From NCBI GenBank assembly GCA_965285935.1, contig OZ260661.1, forward strand, positions 111,600,001 through 111,664,000: DNA of 64,000 nucleotides. Direction: 5' to 3'. Positions 24,814 through 39,000 of the stretch are shown piece after piece. How positions within the stretch are numbered: the first letter of the stretch is position 1; each line of letters opens with the position of its first letter. A program made the translations under genes and the position numbers. The stretch is from Ophelia neglecta. Its lineage: Eukaryota. A model generated the notes under the pieces. The model had not been told where the DNA came from. It saw only the letters and a list, made by a program, of their open reading frames with translations, and did not search any database.

Positions 24814-27800
24814 TTAAGCTCAAATCAAATATTAGTCTCTCCATTGTCATTTTCTGAGAACCCTGTCAAAACATTATATGTTATAGAAATTCCTGCCTGT
24901 ACACTAGTGCAGTGATATTCCTGCAAATGCATGTAAGTTGTAATTTTTCCTTTGAGTAAAATGGTTAAAAAATAGAACTCTAGGTTTGGAAATTTAATTT
25001 ATGAATCATATTTCTGAAGTAATTTAATATCAGTGGATCACTTTCACCAATTGTTGTATATCTCTTACTGTTTTAATAGTTAAAATGTAAATATGTATAG
25101 ATAGCCCGGAAGATGCACTGTTTGAATGTGAATAACACAGAAAGGATCAAAATGGGAATTATTATGCGGTAACATAATGATTTGTAAATTCAAGTGAAAA
25201 AGATGTGAATAATGAACAATGTGTACAAATAGGTTTTGGTGTACATAAAGTGAGCGAGAAATTTAGAGAAGTGTTGTTTTAATTTCTTTACACAGCAAAT
25301 TAGTATATTTAAATAGAGTATATGGGAACAGTAGGCTCACAGTCACAGCTCCTATCTTGGATTATACTGTGAAGATTTCTATGTATTCTCTGGCCCTATA
25401 CATTGGTAATATGTGGCCTTTGTTTTTATTTACCATAAAGTTGATTTATGACACCAATATTTGCCTAAATTTTGTATAGCTGGACTATAGTGACTGAAAT
25501 ATGACTTTAAAATGTCTCATTTTTAACTGTTGATGGCAACTGAGGGTTTTAATGGTGTCATTCATGCACTTGGCAAGAGGCATTTTGAAACCTTTTCAGT
25601 GTTTAAAACGATTGACTGAGATCCTTGTATTAAACCCTGACTTGGATTCCTAAACTACTTTCCAAAACTATAGGGACAAAAAGTGGGCAGTAATTATAGA
25701 CTCCAACCAAATTTCTTGGGTAAGGACCTAGAAAAAGGTTTTAACATTGGATGCCATATTTAATCATTTCTAATAGATGCTTAATTAGTCCATCCGATCT
25801 AAGAAACTAAAAAGAAAACCAACAATAAAGGAAGAAACTTTGGTGTTGCAATTTGACTTTTATTAAGCCTTCGAATAAGTAACTGGTAAGGAATTTGCAT
25901 CGTTACAATTTACCAACTTACAGGGCATGAACGGACTCTATTTCAAAGCCCATTAAGTTGTTTAATTGCTTTTACGATGCAAAAGCAAAACAGAAAAACC
26001 AATATAATTTCCTCCATTGCGATTGTAGTGTGATTTTCCGAAAATAAGATAAAAATTCAAAACCCATTTGAAATCACATGACATGAATTTCCCAAATAAT
26101 GTTGGCGACTGCGTGGGGTGTGGGGGTGGGGAAGGAGATGGTGAATCATAAAATTTTGCAGGGGTTTCCTTTATTTATGGCCTAGTTATCGTTAAGATGT
26201 AGTATGACGTGTGAACAAGTGTTCTGAAAGTGTTACTAGTAATAGGTAAAATCTGGATTAGGCCTAAATCCCGGGTATAGAAGTTCTGTTATCGTCGCGG
26301 AGGGAAGCAAGTAAACATCACTGTTTAATTCTCATTATTTATTACTTTGACAACCATCATAGTCAATCCTGAAGTTCTGAATAGTTCGGGAGTCGACATA
26401 ACAATCCATAGATTTAAAAAGGCCACAAACCGCGATGTAATAACAGGCGGATAGTGGTTTATTTTTTTAAAGTCATACCGCTATAGCCCTTCTTCCATAT
26501 TCAATAATTATTTGACGATAAGTACAGTAAAGTGAAAGAACATTACGACAAGGAAACTGCCAATGTCTAAGGGACAATGTGTAAAATTACCAGTTCCCTT
26601 GACATCGGCAAACACTGGCATTCAATGCTGAAAATGTAGAAATCTTTGCAGTTTTTTTCAATGGACATTTAGAATATCTAGGAGTTTTTCCTTTAGTGTT
26701 TGAAGCGCTGGAGGCTCGCATGTAATGATTAGGAGTTAACTGCACTGGGTTGTATTCAATCTGCTGATGTAATGTTACATTGGCAACCCCTTGGAATTTC
26801 TAGTCGGAACTCGTGATTCGCAGTGACAAAATGGACATGTCTCAAGCAAATTATATCTTGGTGTCAGAGAAATTTCAAAAATATTTCTACTGTCACCTAT
26901 GGGGTTTGTAAAGAGGTTGTACCCGCTCACCCATATATATAGGTTTCATGCAAATTAGGTTTAGTCTTATATTATGCCCACGCGTACTTGAACCTATCCT
27001 AGACAAGGGGTGGGGGGCAACGTGGTAACCATACTGTTTATATGGTGTCTACATATAGGGCCTAGCCTATACACCATATATACAGTATAGTACTGTTTCG
27101 TCCCCCCCCCCCTTTTGTGGGATAGATTCAAGATTCAAGAGCGCTTGATTATGCCTACCGCCCACACCGGAGCTGCCCAATTGCAGTGATGTTTTTCCGA
27201 GTGGCAAACTCGAGGAAATTTTGGTGGCCGAGTTTAAGCGTGCGTTTATATGCCGGTTCATTTTTATTAGCTGTCTTTCATACACCAGCCAATAGTAAAT
27301 AGTGCGCCCAGAAATAACCAACCAACCTTATACAAATCAGAATACGCTTGCGGATAGACCTAAGCCCTACTGTACCAATTAACTCAAATGGTTGTAAATG
27401 CAATATTGAAACATAATATATCAAATTATGACCTTTTCCGCTCAAAATATCCACTTTAGGCCTATGTCTATTTATGTGAGCATTGGCCGGGTACAGTAGG
27501 GTGAAATTGATGGGAATCACACAATTTCACATAAATTTATAGGCCTAGGTTTATAGTAAAACTTTGCTGATAATGTTACATGCATATTGGTAGAAACTAT
27601 ATGAAAAAACCTTATGGGATTTTCGCACATGGTAATATATAATTATGCCAACTTACTTATGCACAATTCCTATGAATCCGAGAATTTATGTATTAATTTT
27701 CTTGGAATTCCGCCAATTTCCTCACAAAAATATTAATTCTATCATTCCGCCAATTTCCTCGCAAAACCAACGTATTCCGCCAAGCGCCACTAATAGAAAA

Positions 27801-30800
27801 TGCCTTACAATAATTTCACCAATTTCCCTGATTTTCATGAAAAAAGAATCTGGCCATAGAAAAAAAATTGCCGAACTTATGTTTGCGGTTTTTGGCGGAA
27901 CGTCCATGAGATACTCCCTATGTAAAGGAGAAATATTGCCCCCCCCTCCAAAGTATTGCTTGTGAAAAATGGTATTTGAGACACCCCCCCCCCCCTTTAG
28001 GTTTCCAAAATAGATGGCCCCCATCCTGACAAACTGCAGGTACAAAAACAGTTTCAAGGATTTCATTGAATTAAAAACTGAAATCATCCTTTATGGTTAA
28101 AACAGAATATTCTTTAGAAATAGGGATACGTGCCCGCTTCAACTGTTTTCCATCTATCAACGATAATTTATCAAGCTGGAGAGGGTTTTCTGGACACTCC
28201 GAATATTTAAATGACCAACCGAGAAACTCCATTCGAATACCAAAATCATTGTATTTTTGATAAATAACCATTGAATAATTGCCATTGAAGGGCTAAATCA
28301 GACGTGTTGTTTTTTATAATTGGAAGTGTATATCTGCCGCGAACAAATGAGAATTTATTTTAACATTATGAATTTATGGGCCAAATCATTAATGAACCTT
28401 GCAAGCTTTTATTTTTACATTAAGAATTTATTGGCCAAATAGCATATCTTGCAAGCTTTCATTTGATAACTTAGATTCATCAACAGACTCCTGTTAAGGT
28501 GAAAGAAGAAAGTCCGAGTCTTCAATAAATTATAAAAGGAATGATATCTGCCTAGCGCACAGAACATAAACAGGTATGAGAGCCACGCTCAGTGTTTATT
28601 AAATATAACGATACAATCGGTTCTGCCAACTGCCGGAAAACAGTTACCATGCACGAGTACGTCACTCGTACGAGCATCTATGTCTAAATGTGAATCGATT
28701 GTAAAAGGAACCCGTGCAGTGTTTTCTGCGCTTAAATTTTGTATTGTTGAATAATGAAATTACATACACCCACCAGAAAACCATCGAAACGGGCGAAGTG
28801 GTGCTTCATAAATTAAAACAAATGAGACAAAGAAATTGAGAGTTGATTACAAAACAAAGATTCACCGGTAACGAGAAACCTCGTGAAATGATCATTAGAA
28901 AAGATGAAATAGCCTATAGGCCCAGACCATAATCGGATGCCAGTCGTAAACAAATGCTAGACCTTTATACAATGCTAAGATCACGTGTCAGTGTATTCTG
29001 GGCCTATCGTAAGGCTTTTAATTTATCGACTTGTTATAATGTAGATATTGATAGTGAAGTATATCGGTTATTGATCGAAAAAGGTTTTAATAATACTTTT
29101 CGCGGAAAATGTATTATATTCGTTATTTTTTTACATTGTACTTAAATGTATCTTTAATGTTCCGCATTGTAGGCCTATTCAGTTCAGGTTGCAGTCGTTG
29201 CTCTGTCTATCATGTTTTAAGTGAGCCTACATGAGGTACATTGCCAAATTAAAAACATGACATATACCACTTCACCCAAGGGCAAAGAGTGTGTTTACTT
29301 TGTTCCCCTTATATATTCTATTCCTACGTAGGTACATGAGCAATGAGCATATTTATAAATCTAACAAAAAAAAATCAACTCTGAAAAAATGCGATTGATT
29401 CATGATATGGCATATCACCAAAATATAGTCCCCATGGCTAATTTTCGAGACTGGGTTCTCGTATTTTGTTTGCCAGACGCGATGATAAATGCAAGGGAAA
29501 ATAAATGTTTTAGTGCACTGCATGGCAATTTGCCCATGAATTTAATAGAATTTTCGGTCGTGTAGTTCCTGGATCCGCCCCTGAGGCGTATACTGTAAAA
29601 AAGGATTTATGCTTGGTTGTATTGATTAAAATTTGCGATTATCACATATCACATGGGATATTAAAATTCAAAATGTACATAGATAAACCTATTCACACCT
29701 CAGACAATTTAGAGTTTTTATACTCAAACAGCTATTTGTCCTATAATAAATAACCTAACATGGGTTTCCCCTAGCTCGGATACTTTAATTGGCAAAATAT
29801 TTTGTTATTAAAGAAGCATATAGGCCTATTTTAATGTAAAAGATAAGCTCCATTTAAAATTTAAATAAAAAAAATCTTCCCCAAGTCCTCTTTGGTTGAA
29901 AAACTTCAGTGAAAATCAAAGAAACTTCAAAGTTTACTTCGTAAGTCGGAAAGAGATCATTATGACCAAATTACTTTAACAAAACAGAAAAATCTTATTC
30001 GTAAAAAGATACCCAGTATAAAGTAATTGAGAGCCATGCCACTCTCACTACATTCACATTATTTATAGATATAAATTACACACGGACATAGGTGCTTATG
30101 CTACTGAAAACCAATTATTATTTCCAACCGAATAGGTTTAAAGCGAACATAACACGCTCTCCGAACACCTACTCCAGTCATATAATAGGACTTTACCATA
30201 GTCTGTCAGATATCATACATATTAAATCAATGGCTAGACTGACAACAGTAAGTGAAATGTGGTTACCTTTAGATTCCCAGTGTGTTATCTGTACATTCCG
30301 AGTAGCTGATCAAACAAAGGCAGAAATCAAGATTTTTGTCATTTGGTCTTAAAATGGACACCAAGGACAAATTTGAGATTTAAGGTCTAAGTGTCATAAT
30401 AAAGAAGTTAGACTGCATATAAAATATGTCATTATTGAATTATTATTATTATTTCAGGGATCATTATCATTATTATCTCAGGGATGTTATTCCTATGTAT
30501 ATATAGATGTGCGACATGTGAAACTTACATCAGTGGGTTTTTTGCCGATCATGAATTTACATGAATGGGGTGCAATTTTGAGCTTTTCTTACATGAAAGG
30601 GTGGGTTTCAATGTTCATTTTCAGAAATGGCAGAAAATGTTCTCAACAATGGCTGTTTTCAATGAAAAAAACAACTAAATACAAGATTGTAGGCATATTC
30701 ATGCAGAATCGTCCATATATTTCTTCTAAATTTGCATGGCTCCCTTCATAGCTAGCACATTTCATTCGATATTGATCGGGTCAATTCTCTTTGCCTTATA

Positions 30801-31676
30801 TTTACATGTATGGGTCTATATTTTGAAAGGATATTTACAGGATTGGATCCACTTTCCAAAACTCACAGTACCCTATTCGACCCTTCGGAAAAAAATGCGG
30901 TGTGTGAAAGTGTGTTGGTCTGTGTATGTGTGAACAACAATTAATAACTTTAGGCTAAATATACACCCTTAGCTGGAGTCCGAATGGAATCTATAATGTT
31001 ATGATTTCACATTTTTTGATACTTAAGGGTACACCACTAAAAATAGAGGTTTACTTGGTCACTTGGATTTATTCCGGTAGAGAGATTGGGGGGGGGGGGG
31101 GGGGCGTTAAAGAATCAGCGGGGTCTCTTGATACCTAGGAGTGATTCCAATGGCGAAACTGAGCCTACATATTTAGGATTTTTAGGTGGAATCCAAGCCT
31201 AAGAAAGTTGTTTAGTCGATAACTTAGTTACGGGCACTTTGCCTGGAAACATACCCTTATGCATTACTAATGTTACGAATAGCCAGTTATAGAGATGTTT
31301 CCCCTATAACATTAGGTATCGGTTACAACTATTGCGTGCAGTAAATAAATGATTAGGCCTATGTATATCTAATAAGATCTTGTTTATGTAATAAGCCCCC
31401 ATCATGCCGTCTTATATGCAGCTTATATCGAACGTATCGTAGGAAATTTACCACAAATTTGGAGTTAATTATATAGTTGTCATTGTCCCCAATGGTTTAC
31501 TGCTCTCTCTCCTTATCCCTGTCTCTACTCGTTCTTGTCATGTCAAACATAATACTAGCCCTTAATTTTAGATCGATTGCCGGTAATTGCAATTTGCACT
31601 CAGTTAATCCTATTTGAAGTCACCAGTCATTGGTCAGAACATAATATTATACTGGATTGGAGAGGATTGCGGTAGG

Positions 31677-31816
31677 TATAAAACATTGTTTTCTCATTAA
31701 AATAAACTAGCTTAAACTTGCTTGGTTCATGAAGGCTTGAAAGGTCCAGGAAAACACCATAAAACCACACCTCTCGACATATTTTGCCATTCTTCACCAG
31801 ACTGCACTTCGTCCAG
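31677..31816 (+). promoter_or_regulatory. Candidate TATA box and non-coding exon 1 of EGF-peptide gene A
   Basis: TATAAAA at 31677-31683; consensus donor cag|gtaagt at 31816/31817; acceptor tttcag| at 33381 precedes the ATG exon. Confidence 0.55.
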
Positions 31817-33408
31817 GTAAGTTTCCAGTTTAGCTCCTTATTCTACGCTCTCATTATTAATACCGCATTTGAAGTTCAGCTTTTCTGGGAATTAACCTAT
31901 GTAGGCCTACAGTAAAAACGTTTATGTTGATGGACAGTGAAGTTGTGAAGTGTAAGCAGGCTGTGAAACATGCTCGAATGTATTGAAATTGGGGACCCAA
32001 AATGTAAAAATATCTGGCATGGGAAGATTTCGTGTTGAGCTCGGGCAAAACAAATATTGTTGCAGACACGTGTAATTCGGATGGATATACGTTGGACGGA
32101 TACTTATTAACAGGCTGTTATTTTAACGGAACACTGCATGGTTAAAAGAATTGTAATTTGGCCGGAAAATTATCTTCCGACTTTTATTTTGCAGTGAGCC
32201 TATATTCTAGCATACAATCCTAGTTGAAATTTTAAGAATGACAGTCATGCACGATATATAGTATATAGGCCTATAGCTTTTAGAGGTGCTTATAATGTTT
32301 GTCTTAGAAAAATCGACACCTAAATTATGCTCACCCCTTATGTGTGTTTAATTCCATTAAATTATATAAATGATATATAACAGTTATTTATCTAGTACTG
32401 TAAGTCATAAGATCCTTTAGGTATGCAGGATAAAACAATTTAATTTGAATTGTGAAAGATTTCAAGTCGCCATATTTAGTCGGAGTAATGTTACTTTAAT
32501 CATGGTTTTATGGATGTCTAGACGACCAGGGAGAGGATATATGATTCATAGTAATAATATTGCTTATTGAAAATAACAATCCAGATCACGTGAGAGAAAA
32601 GAAACATCAAATTCTACAAATATAAACCTAGTTTTTGGTCATACATGTATGCTATGGATCTCACTGAATAGTCTACCTGAACTAGATATCAGTGATTTAA
32701 AAATGTTTTTAGAAAACGCACTAGAAAGTTTGGTTCTCACAAACTTGAACTTTCGCGTGTTTGCTAGTAGGCTTTTATGTTACGGAGCTCCTATATCTGG
32801 AAGTATTAGTCATTTTTATCGGCGAGCAATCATGATTAACATACTTCTTTTTTGGGCTTTTCCATTCCATTTCGCATATACCATTAAAGTTCTCGGGTAA
32901 GATCAGAATTAACTTGGAATCTGGTTAACGTGTCCGATATATAATTAAAGGATCTTCTTGCTCCGCATTTGATGTCAGAACAAGCTATGTTTTACCTTGC
33001 GTAGGTGTGGTCATTGTAGGGCTGATACTCATGGAACCCATTCCACTGCTTTGCATATAACCGGTAGCTCACAATGTCTTTTTCATTATGTAGTCATTTT
33101 AATTTTTCTTCCGAGCATAAATTACATCAAATAATTAATCTTCTTCCAGCTTCAATAAGCTATTGTTTTCTTCCTACAAACTGAAAAAATACCTTTTTTT
33201 TTCTAATTTCCTCCCCCCACCCCCGGGATATAAAATGGCCCGTCCCTAAAAGCTATCCTCAAGGAAAATAATATTACACCATAGAACAGTATATCTTGCG
33301 GCACATCAGACGGGCTGTTAAAATGCTGACTTTTGTAATAAGAATAATTAGACATGATCGATGCATATATTCCCATTTCAGAGATTCCTAGCCATATTAA
33401 AATACGTC

Positions 33409-36054
33409 ATGCAGCTGACTACGTCGATTGTACTCGCCCTAGTGGCCATGTCCATCATAATTGCTCAAGGTAAGGAGACAAAACATAACGAAGCGGTATT
33501 AAGAGCCAATTTCTTATCGCGTTGAAACTTCAAACAAGCGATTTGGGAAAACTAAGACTTGCAATGTTTGCACGGTGATTAAAACACTTCAATTATGACT
33601 CAAGATTTCCAAAGTAGTAGGTCTAGGTCTATACTAGTACTGATGGAATTCAAAAATGCCCTTTCTGTGATTATTAAACTAGTTCTGAACGTTTCAGAGC
33701 TCAGTTAGATATTGGAAGCTTTTTCCAATAAACTTCAATGTACATGGCAAAAGTAAATAAACGAAGGTTTGCTTTTGATAACCATGTCAAGGAAAGGTTG
33801 TGAGATTATCACCTGAAAGTTAGCACATTATTATGGAAAGGGTCTGTGTCATAATAAGACCTGTGAGTCAATACGTACCCGAGCCACTAGTAACCATTAA
33901 TTGGCCACAAAAAAGGCAAACACGACTGTTAAATGAATTCTCTAGATTCAGCCATAGCATTTACCGGATATAAAGTGATTTGAGTTCAACAGATGTGTAC
34001 CTTATTAATGGATTGATGTATTTTTTTCAGTTGCGTCTCAGACATCCCCGTGTGTCTCGGCGCCGTGCCAAAACGGAGGAAGGTGCAGTACATCTGAAGA
34101 CCCGTATGGCTGGGGATATTACTGTATTTGTTCATCGCCGGCAGGAGGCAGGTCATGCCAATATGGTAAGTGTCTCTGCCGCTCGTGTTACCTGTAACGA
34201 AGAAACTAAAACACTATAAAAATAACAGGGAACCGTTAAGTTGTGTAGCTTACCGAAATAGATGCATTTAACAGTTTAAACACAATTAAACATCATGCAC
34301 ATGTCCATGAATTTCTCAGTGGCATGCCAGTAGTCATGGAACCATATTAAAGACTTTAATTTTAATATGGTCAATTCGGGAGAGGGCCATTATTAAAGCC
34401 TGCCTGAAAAATAAACAATCAATCAATTATAAAAGCCTGCCTGACCTTTGCCACACCTTTTCAAAATGACCTTCATTTGACAGAGAAATGTACAAATATT
34501 GGCTAGCTGAGATAGCGTTATGCATCTGTATTGGCCTGAAGCAGTGAGGTTTTTTGTTTTATGAAAGCGTTGGCTTTCGAGAAAATATCAATTGCTGCAG
34601 GCTTGTATAGCTCCGATTGCTTCCATAAATCAAGCCGTTTTATATATAGTTTATTGTTTGCAGACGACACCATCATCTGAATACTGAATAGTTTTACATA
34701 CATTTACATATTTTTTACTATTCAACTGACTATCTATACACATATGGAAAATAGCGTCGAAGATTTTAAATTATAGAATGTTTTTTTACAAAAGAGGGGA
34801 GCTTAACTTTGGGAGTTAATAGCCCCCCATATATTAGGGCAATAAACAGTAATTTTATAGTCCAGGGTGCATGCTGTGCACATGCAGTTGTATAAATAGC
34901 ATACAAAGGCAAAAGACAGCAACCCGGCAGCACAAGCCAGTAGAGTTACTGTTTTCCTCCCCTCACGGCAGACGTATATGATAATTATACGGCATAGGAG
35001 AAGTCAGATCACGGCCTTCTCATATTTTGAAATAGTTACTATTATACTGATACTAATCTGTTGTAGGAAGGTTGTTTTAAACCGATACATAGACCACATG
35101 TGAAACTTATAATTTCACAGAATGAATGAAAAACTGCAACTTCTTGGTTTCTAACAGTCCCGTGGATATTGGTTTTTAAACAATGATAGGCCTATATAAA
35201 ATTTGCTGGATTGCCTTGCAATTGTAAAGTTACTATGGACATCACTTTTTGGAACAAAGATTTAAATGATGAAATATATACACAGAAACAATTAATATAC
35301 AAACAATATTGGCCTTGTTAATAGGGAGAATGTTTAATTTATTACAAAATATGGTGCACTGTGAGTATATTTCTAAGCGCAAACTAGGAACAAGCAGATT
35401 GCCATATTACTCAAGTATTTAAAATTTGATGCCCCTCCGTGCCTTGGTATTTCTGTCAAGAGCTTCAAATGTGCATAGAAATGCGTATTTAAAATTGCCC
35501 GTGACTTTTATCTAGGTAATGTCTGGATTGTTCGAATTATTTAAGCGAATGGCATATCAAAAAATGCTATTCTTGCCACAACACGTGCTTTGAACGCCAG
35601 GTGCGGCGAGAATTGTGTCAGATATAAATCATCAATGTTCTGCCCGGGGTTAATTAGTGCCCTTATATTGTTCTCGACCAAAAACTTTTTGTTATAGCAT
35701 TCCATATACTAATTTTGATCCAAAGAACATTCAAAATATGATATTATTCAGCAAAAGGTGTATAAACTTTGCACACGTTTTACCGCATACTTTTCCAGTA
35801 AGACGACCGACTTAAGTTTAAAATTGGAATGTAACGTTATATGTCGTTCTATTAATTATCAAGAAAGAAATAACACGTTTATGTTAGGCCACATGTTCCA
35901 ATTATTTATTTTTGGTTTTTCTCCGATTGCAGGCAACGCGTGTGCCGACAACCCTTGTCCCCCAGCAGCAGTTCGCTGTATCCGTGCCCTGAATGACGAG
36001 GCTAAGGGTAGGCACTGCTTTGACCAAGACTGGCAGCTTGTCTTTGATCCATGA
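33409..36054 (+). CDS. Small secreted EGF-like protein A (signal peptide + EGF + 4-Cys half-EGF), 105 aa
   Basis: Exons 33409-33469, 34031-34165, 35933-36054, phase-1 GT-AG introns. MQLTTSIVLALVAMSIIIAQVASQTSPCVSAPCQNGGRCSTSEDPYGWGYYCICSSPAGGRSCQYGNACADNPCPPAAVRCIRALNDEAKGRHCFDQDWQLVFDP. AATAAA at 36320 and 36867. Same structure in the paralog. Confidence 0.9.
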
Positions 36055-39000
36055 AAAATTGAAAAAGAATTGTTAAGAACCATCCAACCCACCCGTGCAG
36101 GGTACACACCAACAGCTTTGTTCCAACCGTTCTAACCCGCGGCCATGTTTCTCATGTACATTGAAACCTGTGAATTGAGGCAACCCAAGGGTGGTCTGAA
36201 TATAGAGGTGGCCTTTAAAACAGGTATTTCTGTATGAGGTTGTATTCATATTTATAGGTTCCGGAGTTTCACTGAACTGTGTTAAGGCAAACAAATGTAC
36301 ATATGTACGGGTATATAATAATAAATACTATACCCCAACTCTTAACCATCTTGGGGGAGTCTATTTCACAATCAAACATGATTTTCATAACGCCAAATTG
36401 TATCAAACTATTTTTTGAAATGTATGCAATAACTATTTTTTGCTCTTCGTAGTAGAGAAAACTGCTCGGCACTCTCCGCCTGAAGTAAGGCGGTGAAGCT
36501 GTGTTAAGAGCATTTGCTTCGAAAGTAAACTATTTACAAGTAATTGCCATGTTTACAATCATTTTTAATAAGTTAATTTAATTTCATGGCAATTGTCCTT
36601 GCACGTTTTATTGTTGTATACTTGTGTAGCGTTTTCCGTCTAATAATGTGTTTGCATATTTGCAATGGAGTTTGTTAGGAACCAAATTGTATTTGATATA
36701 GTTTAACTGCTAATTAGTCAATATTAATGTTTAATAATACGTTTATGATTTTCATTGTTATCATAATTACTAGAGTAGAATTGATTAGTTATTAGAACGC
36801 TATACGATTTAAATTGTTTGTGGTCACATATAAGTGTCAAATGTTTAATTTATTTCCATTTTATCAAATAAAACAAATATCGTAATGGATTACCTTCATT
36901 AAATTTATATAACCCCTTTGCGGGATCTAGGACGGCAATGAGAGAATGTTTCATAAAATAACTCTGGACTGCTGTGTTTTAAAAAAGGGCGCTGATAAGC
37001 AGTATATTCCATAAAAATTATAATTGCCATTTAGCCTAATCCCAAAAAATAACGCAGAAAAATTAAGTCCTAATTATGGGAGGTTTTGGTTGAAAGGTCA
37101 TCGGGGCGAAATAATCTGTCCCCAAAATATCTTGACACTTGCAACAAAATATATATGGGCAAATATACAAAGTTCATTCTTGTAAAACGATGAAATAATC
37201 ATGGTTTGCGAGCCAACCATTAACGGGCTTTCCCAGCATCCGAAATGGTTGTTCAAACAACATTAATCACGTAATAGCGCGATACCACATTGCATATATA
37301 AAGCGAAAATGCAAGTGAAGTCATTTAAGTAAGTGTTCGGGTGACATATCACCCAGAAAACAATATCAACGCATTTTTACACAAAAATGAAACAAAAAAT
37401 TACGATATATAGGCAATAGTGTTGAACGGAAAAGCTTGAATAAAATAAAGTCGGCATCATTGGCACTCACTTGGTTATTCTCTACCTCCATTTGTAGGTT
37501 GTAGTGACACAATATATATATAAGACCCACACAGACTTGTATAAACTACCTATAGAGACTGTTATGTAATCCTATGCTAAGATAAATTGTGTATATATAT
37601 TGTGTTTTTTATGGTGCTGTAAATAAACTTTGTCAAAGTTGAGAACTAATCAACCTTGGCCTTTTCAAGCTTACCCTCTCTTATGTTTTAAGTCCAGTGC
37701 TACGATAAAAGACTTTAATTTCCCCATGCAGTGGCGCCTCCAAATATAAAGTTTTCAGGACCTACAAAATTCCTAGCTGGCATGTGATTGGCTAAGAAAG
37801 CCTAGCCATATATCATTCCAGAATATGTGTTTTTCATTAAATAGACACACTGTCTTGTTATTCGGGGATTATTCCAGACGCACACTGGTATTGTTGCCCC
37901 AATGGTGGCCATGCCAATGATAGGTCATACATTCTGCGTGGGCCATTTAAGGAAGCCCGGGTAACCGTAGGCTTATACACAGTTCCCTAAATATCTTGTC
38001 TCACGGACAATTGGTCCCAGAGATAAAATGTCCATCGGACATTTATAACCATAAAAATGTCACTCCCCTTCCGTCGGATATTATTACGCGGACAATATAT
38101 ATTTCGGGGGATATAATCTTAACAGGACATCTATGACTGGTATCTGGTGTCGAAGCGGAATGTCTAATCGGTTTAAACTGTCCTTGTGACATTTTATAAC
38201 AGGATATTATTAGGCCACCGACAAAGTTTACATTTTTTCTTGCTCACGTAGAAAAAAAATTGTCAACTAATGCTATGCTCAAACATGCAAACAAGCTGTG
38301 TTTCTTTAAGTGAAACACAGCAGGTTAGCCTGAGCAATATCACGAATAGTTGAAAAAAGACCAGCTATGCGCGCGTGTTAACATGTAAGATCTAGAGATT
38401 TTAATTACGTCCCTGCATCCTGCCATATGTCCATATATCTCGCAGTCAACTGCGAGATAATAAAACTGCATGTTTGCCCTCAAATCACCGACCCATATCT
38501 TCACAGGGATGTGATAAATGATTTTGCTGCGTCTGCCTCGTATCCCGTCCTTTTTATAATATAAAATAACTGGCTAGAATTCAGACTGACAACAGACTCG
38601 TCTGCGTTTGGTGGGATAGATAAATTTAATAACATTTTTTTCTTAAAAAGCTTAGCAAATGTGTCTTTAATACCCGAGAAGCTATGTAGCATATCACGAC
38701 TCATATTTCTAGTACACTACCTGCAGAACGTCAGAAATATTGTCGTTCCTCTTATTATCATTGCATCAGTGTGTCGCTATTATTGAAGTTACACGATACT
38801 GGTCTAATTTTTCAAACGTAGAAATTGCTCTAATCTAGATTGACATTTAATATGATACGTCTAGACGTAATATTATATATCATGTAGTAGCTCTATGATT
38901 ACCATATTTTTCAATTATATGAGATAAGTAATAAAGTATTGCCACCGTTTGTACTGCCCGAAGTAGCTTTACCTTTCTATAGTACATTTAATAGTGGTAC

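Noticed and set aside
27610-27910. Region with repeated attccgccaa motifs and overlapping 106/121-aa ORFs
   Set aside because: Probably a decayed MITE, but TIRs and TSD could not be defined and the ORFs have no recognisable motifs.
33005-33063. Possible extra 5' UTR exon of EGF gene A
   Set aside because: Weak donor (gtagct) and no counterpart identified in paralog B.
33980-34219. ORF-track proteins at 33980..34219 and 54335..54565 that resemble each other
   Set aside because: Wrong-frame readings of the EGF exons; splice phases and Cys pattern identify the true frame.
38436-38459. 11-bp hairpin tatctcgcagt-ca-actgcgagata as a Helitron 3' end
   Set aside because: Nearest CTAG is about 40 nt away and no matching 5' end was found.
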